Shown: in pieces, positions 59,297-64,000 of the stretch
Numbering within the stretch: position 1 is the stretch's first letter
Layout: each line of letters begins with the position of its first letter
DNA from: Campylobacteraceae bacterium
GTDB taxonomy: Bacteria; Campylobacterota; Campylobacteria; Campylobacterales; Campylobacteraceae
NCBI GenBank assembly: GCA_031284315.1
Contig: JAITAB010000058.1
Coordinates: 11,800-75,799 of the forward strand
Direction: 5' to 3'
DNA length: 64,000 nucleotides
Position numbers and translations under genes: made by a program
Notes under the pieces: generated by a model
What the model was told of the DNA's origin: nothing
Seen by the model: the letters and a program-made list of their open reading frames with translations, nothing else
Databases searched by the model: none

Positions 59297-59767
59297 TTAT
59301 ACTCTCAGTCTTTGCGCATGAGTCAGCGCAACTGCGATAGCGTCGGTAATATCCAAAGGTTTTATCTCTTGATTTATCCCCAAAATCCTCTTTACCATGA
59401 ACGCCACCTGCTCTTTTTTCGCTTTCGCTTTTCCCGTAACCGCTTTTTTCACCTGTAAAGGCGTATATTCGCTGAAATTTCCGAAAACCTGCAAAACTTT
59501 TAAACTCAAAGCTCCCCTAAACTGCGCGAGTTTTAAGACAGTTTTGGGATTATATGCGAAAAATATATCTTCTATCGCGACTTCGTCTATTTTGTTATTT
59601 TTAAAGACAATGTCTATGCCTTCGACAAGTTCGCTTATTTGATATTGGAGTTCGTTTGATTTGATTTTGATAAGTCCCGCTTCTATGAGTTTGAGCCTGT
59701 TTTGGTTTTTTTCTATTATCGCGTATCCGCAGTTTTTGCTTCCGGGGTCTATTCCTAAAATAGTCAA
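59297..59767 (-). CDS. ruvC: Crossover junction endodeoxyribonuclease RuvC
   Basis: [14 protein letters not shown] at the N-terminus and the C-terminal [13 protein letters not shown]. Apparent TTG start. Confidence 0.93.
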   Translation of the reverse strand: MTILGIDPGSKNCGYAIIEKNQNRLKLIEAGLIKIKSNELQYQISELVEGIDIVFKNNKIDEVAIEDIFFAYNPKTVLKLAQFRGALSLKVLQVFGNFSEYTPLQVKKAVTGKAKAKKEQVAFMVKRILGINQEIKPLDITDAIAVALTHAQRLRV

Positions 59768-59874
59768 AAATATCCTTTGTATCGTTTGCGTAATTGTAGC
59801 GCGCTTTTATTTAACATGCAATTCAACAAAAATTGGATAAAATAAAAGATTTATTACGAGGCTGTAATTTGGAA

Positions 59875-61203
59875 ATGAAATTAATAGAGAGCGCGTTTGA
59901 ACTTTTAAAGTCTGAAATACCGCCGAATGAATATAACAGATATATTAAACAATTATCTTTCAATGAAAAAGAGTCCAAAGAAGATTTGAGCGTTTTTGCC
60001 GCGCCGAATCAACTTATATTAAATTGGATAAAAACGCGCTACGCGGCAAAACTTTCGCAGCTCTTGGAGTCAAAAACGGGCGCGAAACACTCTGTCGCTT
60101 TTATCATAAAAAACAGTTCGGACGGCGATATTAAAAAGACTTCTCTAAAATCGCAAAATATTGAAAATGTGAGAAACAGTATTTTAAATCCGTCATATAA
60201 TTTTGATAATTTTGTCGTGGGCAATTCAAATCGTTTTGCTTTCAGCACGGCAAAAACCATTGCAAACAAGCCCGGAATTATCTATAATCCCGTTTTTATT
60301 TACGGACCGACGGGACTTGGTAAAACGCATCTTATCCATGCAATAGGAAATTATGCCCAAAATAAAAGCAAAGCTGTTATTTATGTTACGAGCGAACAGT
60401 TCATGAACGACTACATTTATCATCTAAAAAACGATACGATGGATCAATTCAGGCAAAGATATAGAAACTGCGATATTTTACTGATAGACGATGTGCAGTT
60501 TTTTCAGGGAAAAGTCGGTACGCAGGAGGTATTTTTTCATATATTTAATGAACTGCACACGATGAAAAAGCAGATAGTTTTGACCTCCGACAAACCGCCG
60601 AAAATGATAGACGGCATAGAAGAGAGGCTAAAAACGCGCTTTGAATGGGGTATCATCGCGGATATTTCAATTCCCGAGCTTGAGACAAAAATTTCCATTA
60701 TTAAGAAAAAATGCGAACTTGACAAAGTTAATCTGACAAATGATATTATTAATTATATAGCCACAAACATGGGAGATAATATCAGAGAAATTGAAAGCGC
60801 TATTATCAATATAAATGCTTATGCTTCACTCATGAGACAGGAGATAACGCTTGATTTTGCAAAAAAAGTTATCAAAGACCAAATCAGAGAGAGCCGAGAA
60901 AATGTAAATATAGAAGACATTATATACATCGTCTCCAAAAACGAAAATATCAAACCAAGCGAAATAAAATCAAAAAAGCGTTCGCAAAAAATAGTGGAAG
61001 CGAGGCGAATCGTCATCTATCTTACAAGGACGCTAACGCCAAATTCAATGCCTTCAATCGCTTCATTTTTTGGCATGAAAGATCATACGGCAATTTCCCA
61101 CAATATAAGAAAAACAAGCGAATTGATACAAAGCAGCGAAAGTTTTAGATTAAAAATAGACGAACTTAAAAATAAAATACTCAATAAAAGTGTACAGCAG
61201 TGA
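59875..61203 (+). CDS. dnaA: Chromosomal replication initiator protein DnaA
   Basis: AAA+ Walker A YGPTGLGKTHL, Walker B LLIDDVQF, and C-terminal domain IV (..RRIVIYLTR..T..S...IA.FFG.KDHTAISHNIRK). ATG at 59875 is preferred over TTG at 59833. Confidence 0.96.
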   Translation: MKLIESAFELLKSEIPPNEYNRYIKQLSFNEKESKEDLSVFAAPNQLILNWIKTRYAAKLSQLLESKTGAKHSVAFIIKNSSDGDIKKTSLKSQNIENVRNSILNPSYNFDNFVVGNSNRFAFSTAKTIANKPGIIYNPVFIYGPTGLGKTHLIHAIGNYAQNKSKAVIYVTSEQFMNDYIYHLKNDTMDQFRQRYRNCDILLIDDVQFFQGKVGTQEVFFHIFNELHTMKKQIVLTSDKPPKMIDGIEERLKTRFEWGIIADISIPELETKISIIKKKCELDKVNLTNDIINYIATNMGDNIREIESAIININAYASLMRQEITLDFAKKVIKDQIRESRENVNIEDIIYIVSKNENIKPSEIKSKKRSQKIVEARRIVIYLTRTLTPNSMPSIASFFGMKDHTAISHNIRKTSELIQSSESFRLKIDELKNKILNKSVQQ

Positions 61204-61327
61204 AAAACAATTCTCATTTAATTCACCGTAAAAACAGCGATTTTCTGGTAGAATTACACTGTTTTTCACATTTTCAACACAGTTACTGTTATTGTTATCT
61301 ATTTTATAAAAATATTAAGGAGTAAAA
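61204..61327. other. Candidate oriC (dnaA-dnaN intergenic region)
   Basis: TTCAC-core boxes at ttTAATTCACCg (about 61218-61228) and gTTTTTCACAt (61261-61271), plus weaker aTTTTCAACAc. An A+T-rich stretch follows (ttattgttatctattttataaaaatatt). The location agrees with what I recall for C. jejuni oriC. Confidence 0.5.

Positions 61328-64000
<2,673 letters not shown>

Overview
This 64-kb window looks like a Campylobacterota (epsilonproteobacterial) chromosome, probably a non-jejuni Campylobacter-like organism. The assignment is a guess from gene content, the ruvC-dnaA-dnaN-gyrB order and a poly-G contingency tract. The window ends at the replication-origin neighbourhood.

Most of it is housekeeping:
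- Biosynthesis and Fe-S assembly: ilvD, nifU/nifS, folE, hisF, purB, pyrG.
- Protein quality control and translation: tig-clpP-def, typA.
- Ribonucleotide reduction: nrdA and nrdB (unlinked), plus nrdD/nrdG.
- DNA repair and RNA processing or modification: recJ, rarA, rnj, rsmA, rlmN, pcm, and two pseudouridine synthases.
- A cluster of four tRNA genes.

The unusual content is as follows:
1. A class III ribonucleotide reductase locus where the glycyl-radical motif sits on a separate 52-aa ORF with its own RBS, downstream of a 706-aa NrdD that lacks it.
2. Two CRISPR loci with the same 30-nt repeat and no cas genes in the window. One has 11-12 repeats at 52.5-53.2 kb. The other is an inverted 2-repeat mini-array at 15.0-15.1 kb.
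3. A mosaic accessory stretch at 12.9-17.1 kb. It holds an A+T-rich orphan 443-aa gene, two small strongly RBS-led ORFs (one acidic, one basic), an XRE-HTH gene fragment, the mini-array, and a DUF1254/DUF1214 lipoprotein gene bracketed by direct repeats of the pcm 3' end.
4. A lipoprotein paralog pair. One copy is switched off by a 12-nt poly-G tract and also carries a second frameshift.
5. REP-like hairpin elements (ATTCCCGC-CTGC-GCGGGAAT) at two loci.
6. A cluster of TTCAC (DnaA-box-like) motifs about 4.5 kb from dnaA. It shares a 16-mer with the candidate oriC in the dnaA-dnaN spacer.
7. Sulfur and organosulfonate modules: SulP, a TauABC-like transporter with a class III aminotransferase, and a secreted rhodanese with YeeE.

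I recognised no transposase, integrase, prophage or cas genes. All functional calls rest on motif recognition by eye in the supplied translations; no database search was run.
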